Source: a virus (Duplodnaviria > Caudoviricetes). Taken from it: a stretch of 64,000 nucleotides of DNA. Shown piece by piece: positions 1 through 8,789 of the stretch (position 1 is the stretch's first letter; every line of letters starts with the position of its first letter). Position numbers and translations under genes: made by a program. Under the pieces are notes generated by a model. That model was not told the origin of the DNA and searched no databases. It saw only the letters and a list, made by a program, of their open reading frames with translations. The DNA is taken from IMG/VR virus record IMGVR_UViG_3300008110_007313, one strand, 5' to 3'.

Positions 1-81
1 GCAATGTGGGGATTTTTGACCATTTGTTTTAGTTGGTCAAGAGTTAGTATGCTACTCATTTATAGGCTCCTATTATTTTTA

Positions 82-1086
82 TCAGCAGTTCCATTTACGC
101 AGGGCCAGAGCCTTGCGTGTGGGCTTGCCGTTGGGCTTTTTCATTGGCCCTTTGACCCCTGACATTCTAGCGCAGAAACTCTTACGGCGTTTGGCAGCTT
201 TTGATCCAGGCTTGAGTTTTGATGGTTTGGTAGTCACTGCCATTTGTAATTTTGAACCTGGGTTCTCTCTACGATAACTGGCCACACCTTTGGCGTTGAG
301 TCCACCTTTTTTGCTCTTGCCTTCTTTTCTGCGCCAGGCCGCTGTTTCATACAGCACATTGTCCGGAAGTGCTTCAAAACTTTCCCATACCAGATCTTCA
401 CTCACGCGATTCTTTTGGGCCATTTCTGACACTAGATCTTCCATGGCTTCGAACATCTCATCCACTTCCGGATCTACTTCGTCTGATGCTTCTTCTGAGT
501 ACATGTAGTCCCACACAGTGACCAACATTGATTTGGCCACAGCAATCTTTTCCTGACACCATTCAGGCAAGTTATCACCGCTTTGAATTAACTCATCAAT
601 GCCTTCTACAGCACGGCTCAGTGTTTCAAGGTTATTGTCGGCCATGCCTGCTTCGTCATCGTATTCAGGATTGTAGTCTTCTGCTATGCCTTGTTGACCC
701 GACATATCCATCAGTTGTCGAACATAGAAATTATAATGACCACGACGGCTGTTGTATTCTCTATTGCCCAGCACAGTCTTTAATGCGGCCACAGCATCAC
801 TTGCTTCTGAACCACGCATTATTTTTAGTGCGTCAGTCACAAGTGAATCCACACGCTGTGAACCTTCAGCTACCCCTTCTGACTTGTTGCCCCAGTTGCC
901 AGCACCTTTTTTGCGACACTGTACCAGTCGACCCGAAGCATACGCTGACGGCCATACCTTGGCACTGGCTTTGACTTTGTGATAGCAAGCATCTTTCTTT
1001 TCTGCCAGGACTAGGTCACTGAATGCAGGACCACCGCACTTAGGGCAAGTCATTTGAGATTCGTTTACAAGTTGATTGATTTTCAT
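82..1086 (-). CDS. Modular putative internal head protein with basic Cys-containing modules (DUF5872/DUF6321-like)
   Basis: N-terminus MKINQLVNE; modules DACYHKVK..VWPSAYASGRLVQCRK and AAWRRKEGKSKKGGLN..KSFCARM..LRKWNC each start after a hydrophobic-x-E site; contains GVAEG/GIAED. Confidence 0.6.
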   Translation of the reverse strand: MKINQLVNESQMTCPKCGGPAFSDLVLAEKKDACYHKVKASAKVWPSAYASGRLVQCRKKGAGNWGNKSEGVAEGSQRVDSLVTDALKIMRGSEASDAVAALKTVLGNREYNSRRGHYNFYVRQLMDMSGQQGIAEDYNPEYDDEAGMADNNLETLSRAVEGIDELIQSGDNLPEWCQEKIAVAKSMLVTVWDYMYSEEASDEVDPEVDEMFEAMEDLVSEMAQKNRVSEDLVWESFEALPDNVLYETAAWRRKEGKSKKGGLNAKGVASYRRENPGSKLQMAVTTKPSKLKPGSKAAKRRKSFCARMSGVKGPMKKPNGKPTRKALALRKWNC

Positions 1087-1430
1087 TTTTTCTTTGTGGC
1101 CACGTTGATGGCTGCTCCTTTGCGATTGGCGTCAGGATCTTGACGACGTTTGCGAGCCGCTGCACTTGCACGGCCTTTTTTGCCCAGGGCATGTGCCTTG
1201 GCTTGTGGTAAACACTTGGGTTTGCCTTCTGATTCTGAATCACGAGCACAGTCTCCACGGATTTTGCCGTCTGGACCAAATCGCACCCATTTTTGTTTGA
1301 ACCACTTGCGCAGATCTTCTTCAAGGTCTGCTTCGCTGATCTTTTTGCAACTGCCTGGTGAGTATTCAGCTGTGCCTGGCACACGCCGATAGCCCTTCCA
1401 ACAAGATTCCAGTATTTCTCTGTATCTCAT
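1083..1430 (-). CDS. Small basic putative internal head protein
   Basis: MRYREILE; CWKGY..GSC mini-module; DLRKWFKQKWVR..KPKCLP module; ATGA overlaps with both neighbours. Confidence 0.6.
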   Translation of the reverse strand: MRYREILESCWKGYRRVPGTAEYSPGSCKKISEADLEEDLRKWFKQKWVRFGPDGKIRGDCARDSESEGKPKCLPQAKAHALGKKGRASAAARKRRQDPDANRKGAAINVATKKK

Positions 1431-1699
1431 CGGGTTGCACTTTCAAAAATTTTTCTTTGTTCGCCGTACCAGTCTTGCCAGCCGTCTCTGCGAGCCGAAC
1501 ATTCATAGTAGGTGGCATAATTTTTCACAACCACACGTAGAAGATCAGTGATTGCAGTTTCAGTGGGCAACATCTGAGTCAACTCTGGGCAGCTTTTCAT
1601 CAGCTCCGGCGGTGCATCAGGAAATTTTTGCTTGACTGGGACTACAGTAGAGCAGGCTGACAAGATCACGACAGTCAATAACAAAGCCATGCTTTTCAT
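1427..1699 (-). CDS. o-spanin (Rz1-like lipoprotein)
   Basis: Lipobox LSAC after signal peptide, Pro-rich KFPDAPPELMKSCP, directly after i-spanin-like gene. Confidence 0.75.
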   Translation of the reverse strand: MKSMALLLTVVILSACSTVVPVKQKFPDAPPELMKSCPELTQMLPTETAITDLLRVVVKNYATYYECSARRDGWQDWYGEQRKIFESATR

Positions 1700-2208
1700 T
1701 TTTTGTCTCCCTGTGCTGCACGATTCAGAATGGCCGCTGCATTGTGAGCATCTATCACCGCAGCTGGTACAGGGCAGTTTTCAATGTATTTGATAACTTC
1801 CTCACGCTTGATTCTTTCAGGGCCTTCTACCATTACTTCTTTGGTGTTCCATTTATCAATATACTTGATAATTTCTTCGCCTTTTTCTCGCACCACTCGG
1901 GTTTTTTCTACCACACGAGTTTGCACTTCCACATTGGTCTTGGCACTGCGAGCCTCAGCTTCGGCAACCTTTAGTTCCATTTCGGCCACACGCTGTCGCC
2001 ATTCAGATTCTACTGAATAGCCACCACGTAGGTACACGCCCAGCGCCAACAGCACAATGCCAGCAATCTTGAACGGCAGTTGATACTGCCAAATTACAGG
2101 TATGCGATGCGCAAACAGGCCAGCCACGGCCAAGATCACACCCAGCACAAGTATAGAATTAACTGCCCATAAAATGGCAGTGTCGGGGAGAAAATGTAAG
2201 ATCCACAT
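1696..2208 (-). CDS. i-spanin (Rz-like)
   Basis: N-terminal TM helices, then coiled coil and C-terminal C-x-V-P motif; late TAAATA at 2214-2219. Confidence 0.7.
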   Translation of the reverse strand: MWILHFLPDTAILWAVNSILVLGVILAVAGLFAHRIPVIWQYQLPFKIAGIVLLALGVYLRGGYSVESEWRQRVAEMELKVAEAEARSAKTNVEVQTRVVEKTRVVREKGEEIIKYIDKWNTKEVMVEGPERIKREEVIKYIENCPVPAAVIDAHNAAAILNRAAQGDKK

Positions 2209-2216
2209 GCCTGTAT

Positions 2217-2795
2217 TTAGTAACCAAAATCAAGATTACGTTGCTTTAGCTTTTGCCAGGTCTGTGTGTATGTTGCAAACTCAGTGTGTTGGTACTGTTC
2301 TAAATTTTCTCGCATGAAACTAGAAAAATCATCCTGGCCAGTGTCAATGCAGAACACCTGATCTGCCCACCAATCTACCGTGGTTTGATTGTAGTATTGC
2401 CAGTGATGTTCCAGCGCCATGTTCATGGTATGATCTAACCCATGCTCTAGGATTTCTGGCCGATGCAGGTGTTGAGTCCAGACTTGCCAGCAGCGATTAT
2501 AACTAGGCGCAAAATGACTTTTGATTTTGATAATTTGTCGACCTGGAAAATGCTGAAATAGCAGTTGGGTGTCAAGGCAGTGTGTAAGCTCAATGAGATT
2601 GTGTCTTGACTTCAGTTGAGTTGACTCTTTGGGGTAGGGCCTGGTATCGGGATCCTGGTAGTTGATTTCTGGAGTTGGGTCTGGCCCTGAGTGACTGTGT
2701 GCGTGTTGGTTGTGACGCCATTGTTTTTGCAGAAGATACCTGGCCAGTCGATTGCCCCCACTGCCGGGAAAATAAGCAATTACGCAGGCATTCAT
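2217..2795 (-). CDS. Sulfotransferase-like/P-loop-like protein
   Basis: Start moved to ATG 2795 (ATGA overlap with upstream stop); N-terminal IAYFPGSGGNRL motif. Confidence 0.45.
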   Translation of the reverse strand: MNACVIAYFPGSGGNRLARYLLQKQWRHNQHAHSHSGPDPTPEINYQDPDTRPYPKESTQLKSRHNLIELTHCLDTQLLFQHFPGRQIIKIKSHFAPSYNRCWQVWTQHLHRPEILEHGLDHTMNMALEHHWQYYNQTTVDWWADQVFCIDTGQDDFSSFMRENLEQYQHTEFATYTQTWQKLKQRNLDFGY

Positions 2796-3868
2796 GAGTA
2801 GTAGTAAACAGACTGATCGCGACTGGGAAACAGATCCACAGGCGAATCTTCTCTGCGTATGTCCAGAGTCAAACAATGAAGTCCGCCATCCCAGAATGTT
2901 CTAGTACGAAATGGCAAGCTGTGCGCAGTGATTCCAAATTTTTCCAAGGCTCTAAATACAGCTTCGTTTTCTCCCAGCATGAGCACATTTTTTTCGTCAA
3001 CAACCAAGCAGTTGACTTCAAAGTAAGTTTCTGTATAATTGCCCACCCAGTCTAGTGCATGTTTGATCACATGATCATTAAATGCTTGATTATTACTAGC
3101 GCCGGCAAGCCAAAATTTACCATTGGCTCCAGGAGTATTTCTTCCATGTTGATTGTTTGAAAACTCCGGCTTTGCAATATTGATCTGTTCCCAGCCAGGA
3201 AATGTTCGATCATAGTCTGAAAAATAACGGCTGGTCAGCAGTAGCCCGGGCTTGATTGCAGCAAAACATGCGTCAACATGCCCGCCGTTGTTCAACAGAT
3301 GCAAACGACTGTCAGCAAAATACGGTTTTATTTTTTGATCAAATTCTTGTTGCAATAGATCAATTTGACTGTTTCGTTGTACGTGAAACACATCAAGATA
3401 AAGATCCTTGCCGACTCTCACAGTGTTTGCGCCGCTGAGACTGCCCAGGTGTTCGAGTCTGATTTCTGGTATCACCTGTGATCCAGCATCAGCAGCATAA
3501 CGGTCAAGTGCTGGCTGCCAAGCTTGGGCCATCCATTCAGGATAAAACAATTTGTTTCCGTGCGCTAAAAAATGATCTCTGGGGGTAATCTGCGGCTTCA
3601 GCAAGGTAGTGGGATGATGCGGATGCCCGTCGGGAGATATGAAATCATCTATTTTGTGATACTCAGGCCGCACTACATCGACTCCAAATTCCTGGAGTTT
3701 ACTCTGGATCGTGTTGAGATCTGCCTGAGTTTTTTCAGTGAGTTCATAAAACACATCTCGAACCTGAGACTCAAGGTGATCATAAAAATGGCTGGGGTAA
3801 ACATCTCCCAGCCATACTTCTTTCAGCTTGCCCCAGTTGGTAAAACTATTAACCAGTGGTGTTGACAT
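2792..3868 (-). CDS. Amidinotransferase (glycine/inosamine-phosphate amidinotransferase family)
   Basis: NSFTNWGKLKEVWLG, PRDHFL, GHVDAC, WDGGLHCLTLDIRR (catalytic Cys motif). Confidence 0.85.
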   Translation of the reverse strand: MSTPLVNSFTNWGKLKEVWLGDVYPSHFYDHLESQVRDVFYELTEKTQADLNTIQSKLQEFGVDVVRPEYHKIDDFISPDGHPHHPTTLLKPQITPRDHFLAHGNKLFYPEWMAQAWQPALDRYAADAGSQVIPEIRLEHLGSLSGANTVRVGKDLYLDVFHVQRNSQIDLLQQEFDQKIKPYFADSRLHLLNNGGHVDACFAAIKPGLLLTSRYFSDYDRTFPGWEQINIAKPEFSNNQHGRNTPGANGKFWLAGASNNQAFNDHVIKHALDWVGNYTETYFEVNCLVVDEKNVLMLGENEAVFRALEKFGITAHSLPFRTRTFWDGGLHCLTLDIRREDSPVDLFPSRDQSVYYYS

Positions 3869-4526
3869 CGGAATTCCTTTTCAATGTATTTAAGAATTCC
3901 TGTGTTTGGGCGGTTTTAATTCCAGTAACTTGCAGTGTGGCTCTAGGCACATGCCCTGCATTGGCTGTGGCATGTGGTACATTGACCCAATCAAATGTTG
4001 AAACATCGCCTGCACGCCAACCAGTCCAGGCATAGTTGCCATAACTCCAGAAATGTCCTTGCTGCCAGTCTGTGAGCTGTACAAAATAGCGTACCACTTG
4101 GCTGGGATCAGCCGGCATCCATTTTTCCAGCTTGTCTAAGTGCAAGTTCCACACTTGTCCAGGATGTTGCACATGTATGCGGGCCATGCTTTTTTCCAAG
4201 CCAAATTGATCAGCAATGCGCTGAAACACCGGCGCTAGATCATAAGTCAAGTTTGTGACCACGTAGTCGCGCCCATAGCCTTGCTGTTCTAGGTCATGGT
4301 CTTCTTGATCGTACTCTTCTGTGGCACGTTTTAATGGATCTGACTCGCGACCTCGAGTACGCCAGGTCACAGATTTTGATACAGCGACCGCAGCAGCTAG
4401 TTCCGCAGTCCAGTCTGGCTCGATGTGTCCTAGGTGTTGCACAGTGTCCCAGCGTGGATCCTGTTGTGTAGTATCAAAATGATATTGGCTGCGGGCTCGG
4501 GTTATTTCCCAATTTGATTGTGTCAT
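3849..4526 (-). CDS. Fe(II)/2-oxoglutarate oxygenase (cupin fold)
   Basis: LHLD..VPHATAN..RATLQVTG: HxD..H triad plus Arg. Confidence 0.75.
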   Translation of the reverse strand: MTQSNWEITRARSQYHFDTTQQDPRWDTVQHLGHIEPDWTAELAAAVAVSKSVTWRTRGRESDPLKRATEEYDQEDHDLEQQGYGRDYVVTNLTYDLAPVFQRIADQFGLEKSMARIHVQHPGQVWNLHLDKLEKWMPADPSQVVRYFVQLTDWQQGHFWSYGNYAWTGWRAGDVSTFDWVNVPHATANAGHVPRATLQVTGIKTAQTQEFLNTLKRNSDVNTTG

Positions 4527-5197
4527 ATTACTGTTACCTCAATATCGTTGTTGGTGTAATTTTGTCTGTAACTGCTGTCTGGCCAGGCAATGTTTAATGC
4601 ATTACATAATTCCAAATTAGTGCGCACCTGTTTTGATCCGCGGTGTTTGTAATTCCACATAGTGTCAGTGATACCTTGATTTTGTTTCTTGATACACGTG
4701 GCCATGTGCTTTAAATCTTGATAATATTCACGGTATAATGGATACGTTATATCAAAATGGCCACATTTTACCCACCAACCCAGGCAAGAATCATTGCTGC
4801 GATGAACCAACACAATGGCACAATCCATGAACTGTTCACGCAAGTGTCGGATATTTTGTTCATACGAGAAGATGTGGCTTTTGATGATTCTAACTCCTTG
4901 GGAGTCTTTGCTAAACGGGTAATCAAAGCTGGCCTCCAATTGTTGTCGGTCGAGTATGGTGAGATCCTCGGGCAAAGGACAAGCCATGCCAGGATCCCAA
5001 TATGCACCCAAATGCATAAGTTCTCGCTGACCTGATGCATCGTGGTAATACGTCCACTCGTCTCTGTAGTCTGAACGATCTATCGATGGCGAGTAATAGA
5101 TGTTTTTTACAACACTGCTCCATTTTGAGCCTGGAGCGCCGGCTACAAAGACATATTTCATTTGTTGGGAGTAATTCGTCGAGCAATAGGTTGCCAA
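4523..5197 (-). CDS. Sulfotransferase-like/P-loop-like protein
   Basis: YVFVAGAPGSKWSSV, IIKSH and IVLVHR motifs; true start probably at MKYVF (about 5161). Confidence 0.5.
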   Translation of the reverse strand: MATYCSTNYSQQMKYVFVAGAPGSKWSSVVKNIYYSPSIDRSDYRDEWTYYHDASGQRELMHLGAYWDPGMACPLPEDLTILDRQQLEASFDYPFSKDSQGVRIIKSHIFSYEQNIRHLREQFMDCAIVLVHRSNDSCLGWWVKCGHFDITYPLYREYYQDLKHMATCIKKQNQGITDTMWNYKHRGSKQVRTNLELCNALNIAWPDSSYRQNYTNNDIEVTVI

Positions 5198-6120
5198 GTT
5201 TGTTGCAGTCGAGCCATGCTTGCTCGCACTCCGGCAGCTGAATGTTCTGTAGGTGTGATATACATCATGTTTTCACGAAACTTGACAGCGGCTTCAGCTG
5301 ATTGAATAGCAGGCACAAACTGATCACGGTACCATGCTTGAATTTCAGGGGGTGTGCCTGGTGGCAATACCATGTTCCAGCAACCGTGAATGCTGAGTCC
5401 AGGCGCTGCTTTGCTCATCAAAGGAATATGCTCTAGCCCAGGCAAGGCACGTGTGTCTGCAATGCCAATGAACTTGAGACGTCCTGCTTGCACATGTGGA
5501 TAGCCCACAGCCACTGGTGTTACACCAAACTCTACGTGCCCGCCCATGACATCTAGTAGAGCCTGTGCTGGGCCTTTGTACATGGCAGTTTGAAGGTTGT
5601 CGCTACCTGCTACACTTACTTTGTCTACAAGATATTCCACTGCCAGCTTGTGTCCACCACCGCCAATGGCCACAGTCATTCGTTGTCGATTACGAATGGC
5701 TGCAACAAATTCTTCTGGTGTGTTGATCTTGCTTGACGGATGTGCCCAAAATGCCAGGGGTGATCTAGCAATGTTGGCAATGGGTTCCAGATCCATGGGG
5801 TTGTACTTGATCATGTCCTTGAACCAGATTTCGGGAGTGACCCAGTTTGATTGGCAAGCAGGCACACTTATGGTGTGACCATCACGTGGTGTTGTGACAA
5901 AATGATTGATAGCAATGTTGCCGTCAGCTCCTGGGCGATATTCAGAATTGAATTTGGCTCCAGTTTTACGTTCCACAATGTCTGCAACGATTCTAAACGA
6001 GATTTCGTTGCCAGCACCAGGACCATTGGGGAATATCACCGTAACAGGTTTAGTGGGCTGCCAAGCCAGCGCAACAGTAGGCGCCAAAACTAAGGCTGCA
6101 AGTAATTTTTTCATTGACAT
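5158..6120 (-). CDS. Bug/TctC tripartite tricarboxylate transporter substrate-binding protein
   Basis: Signal peptide then WQPTKPVTVIFPNGPG, YRPGADGNIA, YKGPAQALLDVMGGHV; SD AAGGA. Confidence 0.9.
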   Translation of the reverse strand: MSMKKLLAALVLAPTVALAWQPTKPVTVIFPNGPGAGNEISFRIVADIVERKTGAKFNSEYRPGADGNIAINHFVTTPRDGHTISVPACQSNWVTPEIWFKDMIKYNPMDLEPIANIARSPLAFWAHPSSKINTPEEFVAAIRNRQRMTVAIGGGGHKLAVEYLVDKVSVAGSDNLQTAMYKGPAQALLDVMGGHVEFGVTPVAVGYPHVQAGRLKFIGIADTRALPGLEHIPLMSKAAPGLSIHGCWNMVLPPGTPPEIQAWYRDQFVPAIQSAEAAVKFRENMMYITPTEHSAAGVRASMARLQQTWQPIARRITPNK

Positions 6121-6212
6121 AGGGTTCCTTAAATAGTATACTTGATTTACAGCAACAGAGCAAAAATTTTTATGGTCTGTTGTAAAATTCTCTTTTATTT
6201 ATAAAATTTTTT

Positions 6213-6941
6213 ATGAACACCAAAATTTTTAATCTAATCACAAAAAATTTGCAACAGGCATTTGCTTTGCCCAAGTATGCAGATATTGTGATCAACGCAG
6301 ACACTGTAGTCAACACACTGCCTTGGACCCCGGCACGCTACTCAAAGTTCAAAGACGCTGTGGAAGCAGAACTTAGCTTGCCCTGCGAGTATCGTGGCAC
6401 CCTGCGTGAAATTACAGACGACCTAAGCGAACGCTACACACATAGGTTTTTTGCTGAGATTTGGAAACCACGCACAGGCGACTATGAACACACGGGCTGG
6501 GAATTGGCTGACGAAGTTAACAAGCTGAATCCAGAGAAAGTATTAGATGTAGGCTGTGGATATCATCCTTTTAAAGGACGCATACACAATCTAATTGGTA
6601 TTGATCCCTACAACAACTGTGCTGACTATGAAGTGGACATCTTGGACTACAAGGTCAAGCCCGAAAGCTACGATGTTATTATTGCCCTGGGATCAATCAA
6701 CTTTAACTCACGAGATGAAATTGAATCACGATTCGCGCACTGTGTGACGTTGTTGAAATCCGGCGGCCGGTTCTTTTTACGAGCCAATCCAGGGATAACA
6801 CACAAGACAGGGCCTTATGTGGAAATCTTTAATTGGACTTTTGAAGTTGTAAATGAATTTGCCGAAAAGTACAATTTAAATCTAGACACATTCAAGAAAG
6901 ATGCCAATGATAGATTGTATTTTGTCTATACCAAACGATGA
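6213..6941 (+). CDS. Class I SAM-dependent methyltransferase with N-terminal carrier-protein-like domain
   Basis: VLDVGCG motif I, LIGIDP, YDVIIALGSINF, LLKSGG. Confidence 0.8.
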   Translation: MNTKIFNLITKNLQQAFALPKYADIVINADTVVNTLPWTPARYSKFKDAVEAELSLPCEYRGTLREITDDLSERYTHRFFAEIWKPRTGDYEHTGWELADEVNKLNPEKVLDVGCGYHPFKGRIHNLIGIDPYNNCADYEVDILDYKVKPESYDVIIALGSINFNSRDEIESRFAHCVTLLKSGGRFFLRANPGITHKTGPYVEIFNWTFEVVNEFAEKYNLNLDTFKKDANDRLYFVYTKR

Positions 6942-7157
6942 TTATTTGCCGGCAGCTCTTAGATTAGCCCCATTATTGAAGCTGGGACTGTAAGGACTGT
7001 TGCCCGGAATGTTGCCCTTGCGAGCTGACCAGTAGTAGCCTGCACGATGCCCCGAACAGTCCTTGGTACAAGGTGAGCCCAGAAAACTCAACTCATCCAA
7101 CTGTTCTTCTTGACTTTTTTTGATCTGGCGCCGACGCATAAATTCACGCAGTCTCAT
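6942..7157 (-). CDS. Small putative internal head protein
   Basis: MRLREF..QLDE then FLGSPCTKDCSGHRAGY. Confidence 0.55.
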   Translation of the reverse strand: MRLREFMRRRQIKKSQEEQLDELSFLGSPCTKDCSGHRAGYYWSARKGNIPGNSPYSPSFNNGANLRAAGK

Positions 7158-8329
7158 AGTCCAGCCAACTCTTTGAGTCTGCGCACTGTTTCGCCCATGG
7201 TACCAGTCCTAGGCTGATCAAACATATCTGCTTGTCTATCAGCTCTGGCACGACTGATGGTAGGCAGCACATCATCGCTGCCAGCAGGCAATTCCACAGG
7301 TTCGTTGTACATATAGGTCACATTAGAATTGGGATCCTTGGTGACCTTGGGCACTCGTGGACCACGGTCCACTGTGGTAGGCAGCGGTTGATCACGCATA
7401 GGAGCAGTCTGAGTTGCAGCTGGTTGACTCTTGGCAGCAGGTTCAACTGGGGGCTTGATTCCAATTGTAGGAGGAGCGTATGTGTTAGTGTTGGCCGGCT
7501 TATTGATTTCTGTGTTGCGTTGATCTTTGTCTTTTTCTCTTTTCTTGCGACTGTCAGATCGGCGTGTTTGTCCAGATCCTGCAAACGCAGAAGGTTCTTT
7601 GTCGGCCTTGGGCAAATCAACCTGGCTTCGACTCACAGGTTCTTTGTTACCGCCCTGGCGCAACTGACGCTCCATGCCATCTATTTCGCGATTGAGTTGA
7701 TTGAGTTCGTTGTCGAGACTGTCATTTTCTTGATCTAGATTGGCGATCTGTTGGCTTTGTTTTTTGCTGAGATCACGTAGGCGATCTAGAGTTTGATCTT
7801 GACGAGCATTGGTTTTGTTCTGTGCACCAAAACTTTGGTCAGTGGTAGTTTGGTTTTCTATTTCGTTGCGTATAAACGCTTCTATGTCAGATCTAGCTGA
7901 CGGATACTTGGCATAGGCCTGACGCAGTGCCACACTGAGTTTGGGGTCTTTTACTCCTGATCTGCTGAGATCAGGTTGTTCTTTTTTTTCGCGTTCAAAC
8001 AGCCCGGCCTGTCCTGCACTCATGTTCACAGGCGTAACATTGAGATTGAGTCGGTCAGCCAAGGCCAAGAACTTGTCGGACCTGCTCATGGTGTTGTACA
8101 CAAAGTCTCGTTTGTCACTCATGTCCTGTAGCTGATTGTAGTGATCAGCCAAGGCATCCACTTCTGGATCGCTGAGTTTGATCACATCGTCGCCAAAGGT
8201 CAGCGTCAAGGTAGCGGCAGTTTTACGCCCTTGATAAAAATCAACCAGCATTTTGAAATTGGCGCCGCCAAGTGCTTTGCTGCCTACGGCTCCGTATTCT
8301 AACAGTGTAACAACGTCTGTGATTTTCAT
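7154..8329 (-). CDS. Putative core/internal head protein with coiled coil
   Basis: MKITDVVTLLE; heptad region; ends RRLKELAGL; TATAAATA 5 nt upstream. Confidence 0.55.
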   Translation of the reverse strand: MKITDVVTLLEYGAVGSKALGGANFKMLVDFYQGRKTAATLTLTFGDDVIKLSDPEVDALADHYNQLQDMSDKRDFVYNTMSRSDKFLALADRLNLNVTPVNMSAGQAGLFEREKKEQPDLSRSGVKDPKLSVALRQAYAKYPSARSDIEAFIRNEIENQTTTDQSFGAQNKTNARQDQTLDRLRDLSKKQSQQIANLDQENDSLDNELNQLNREIDGMERQLRQGGNKEPVSRSQVDLPKADKEPSAFAGSGQTRRSDSRKKREKDKDQRNTEINKPANTNTYAPPTIGIKPPVEPAAKSQPAATQTAPMRDQPLPTTVDRGPRVPKVTKDPNSNVTYMYNEPVELPAGSDDVLPTISRARADRQADMFDQPRTGTMGETVRRLKELAGL

Positions 8330-8333
8330 AATT

Positions 8334-8789
8334 TTATTTATAAGCAGTGCGATTGATGTTCAAGCGTTGCTGAAGTCTTTGTATAGCAGTGTCGGCTTTT
8401 TGTATCAAACTGGCATAGTTGTCTTGATCGGCACCTCGCATGTACAATGCTAAGTCTGTGTCAGCTTCTAGTCCAGGGTTCATGAGTCCGCGTTTTTCGG
8501 CCGCTGTTCGCAGTTTTTCCAGCTGTTGCATTTTGTCAATGGCTGCGTTTACTCCAGACAACTTGGTTTTGAGTTCTGAATAGCTGTATTTGCTATAATC
8601 TGTAGGTGGAGTAGGTGCCGGGCGTCCAGCCTTGGCAGTCATAAATCGTTGAGCCATGTTTTTCTCAAAATCCTGTTGCCAAGCAGCTACGTCTTGATCT
8701 CGTTGTTGTGTGATAGCACCACGAGCCTGTTGCAGAGCAGCCAGGGCTTCAGGTTTGAGTGCTTCTTGTAAAAATTCACTGGCTCTCAT
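8334..8789 (-). CDS. Putative internal head protein
   Basis: MRASEFLQEA, similar to T4 capsid-targeting sequence MKTYQEFIAE. Confidence 0.55.
   Translation of the reverse strand: MRASEFLQEALKPEALAALQQARGAITQQRDQDVAAWQQDFEKNMAQRFMTAKAGRPAPTPPTDYSKYSYSELKTKLSGVNAAIDKMQQLEKLRTAAEKRGLMNPGLEADTDLALYMRGADQDNYASLIQKADTAIQRLQQRLNINRTAYK

Noticed and set aside
2792-3868. Amidinotransferase as an archaeosine (dG+) DNA-modification enzyme
   Set aside because: Wrong family (pentein fold rather than ArcS, QueF-L or Gat-QueC) and no folE/queC/queD/queE/dpdA in the window
7232-7738. 168-aa plus-strand ORF
   Set aside because: Shadow of 7154..8329 with no initiation signals
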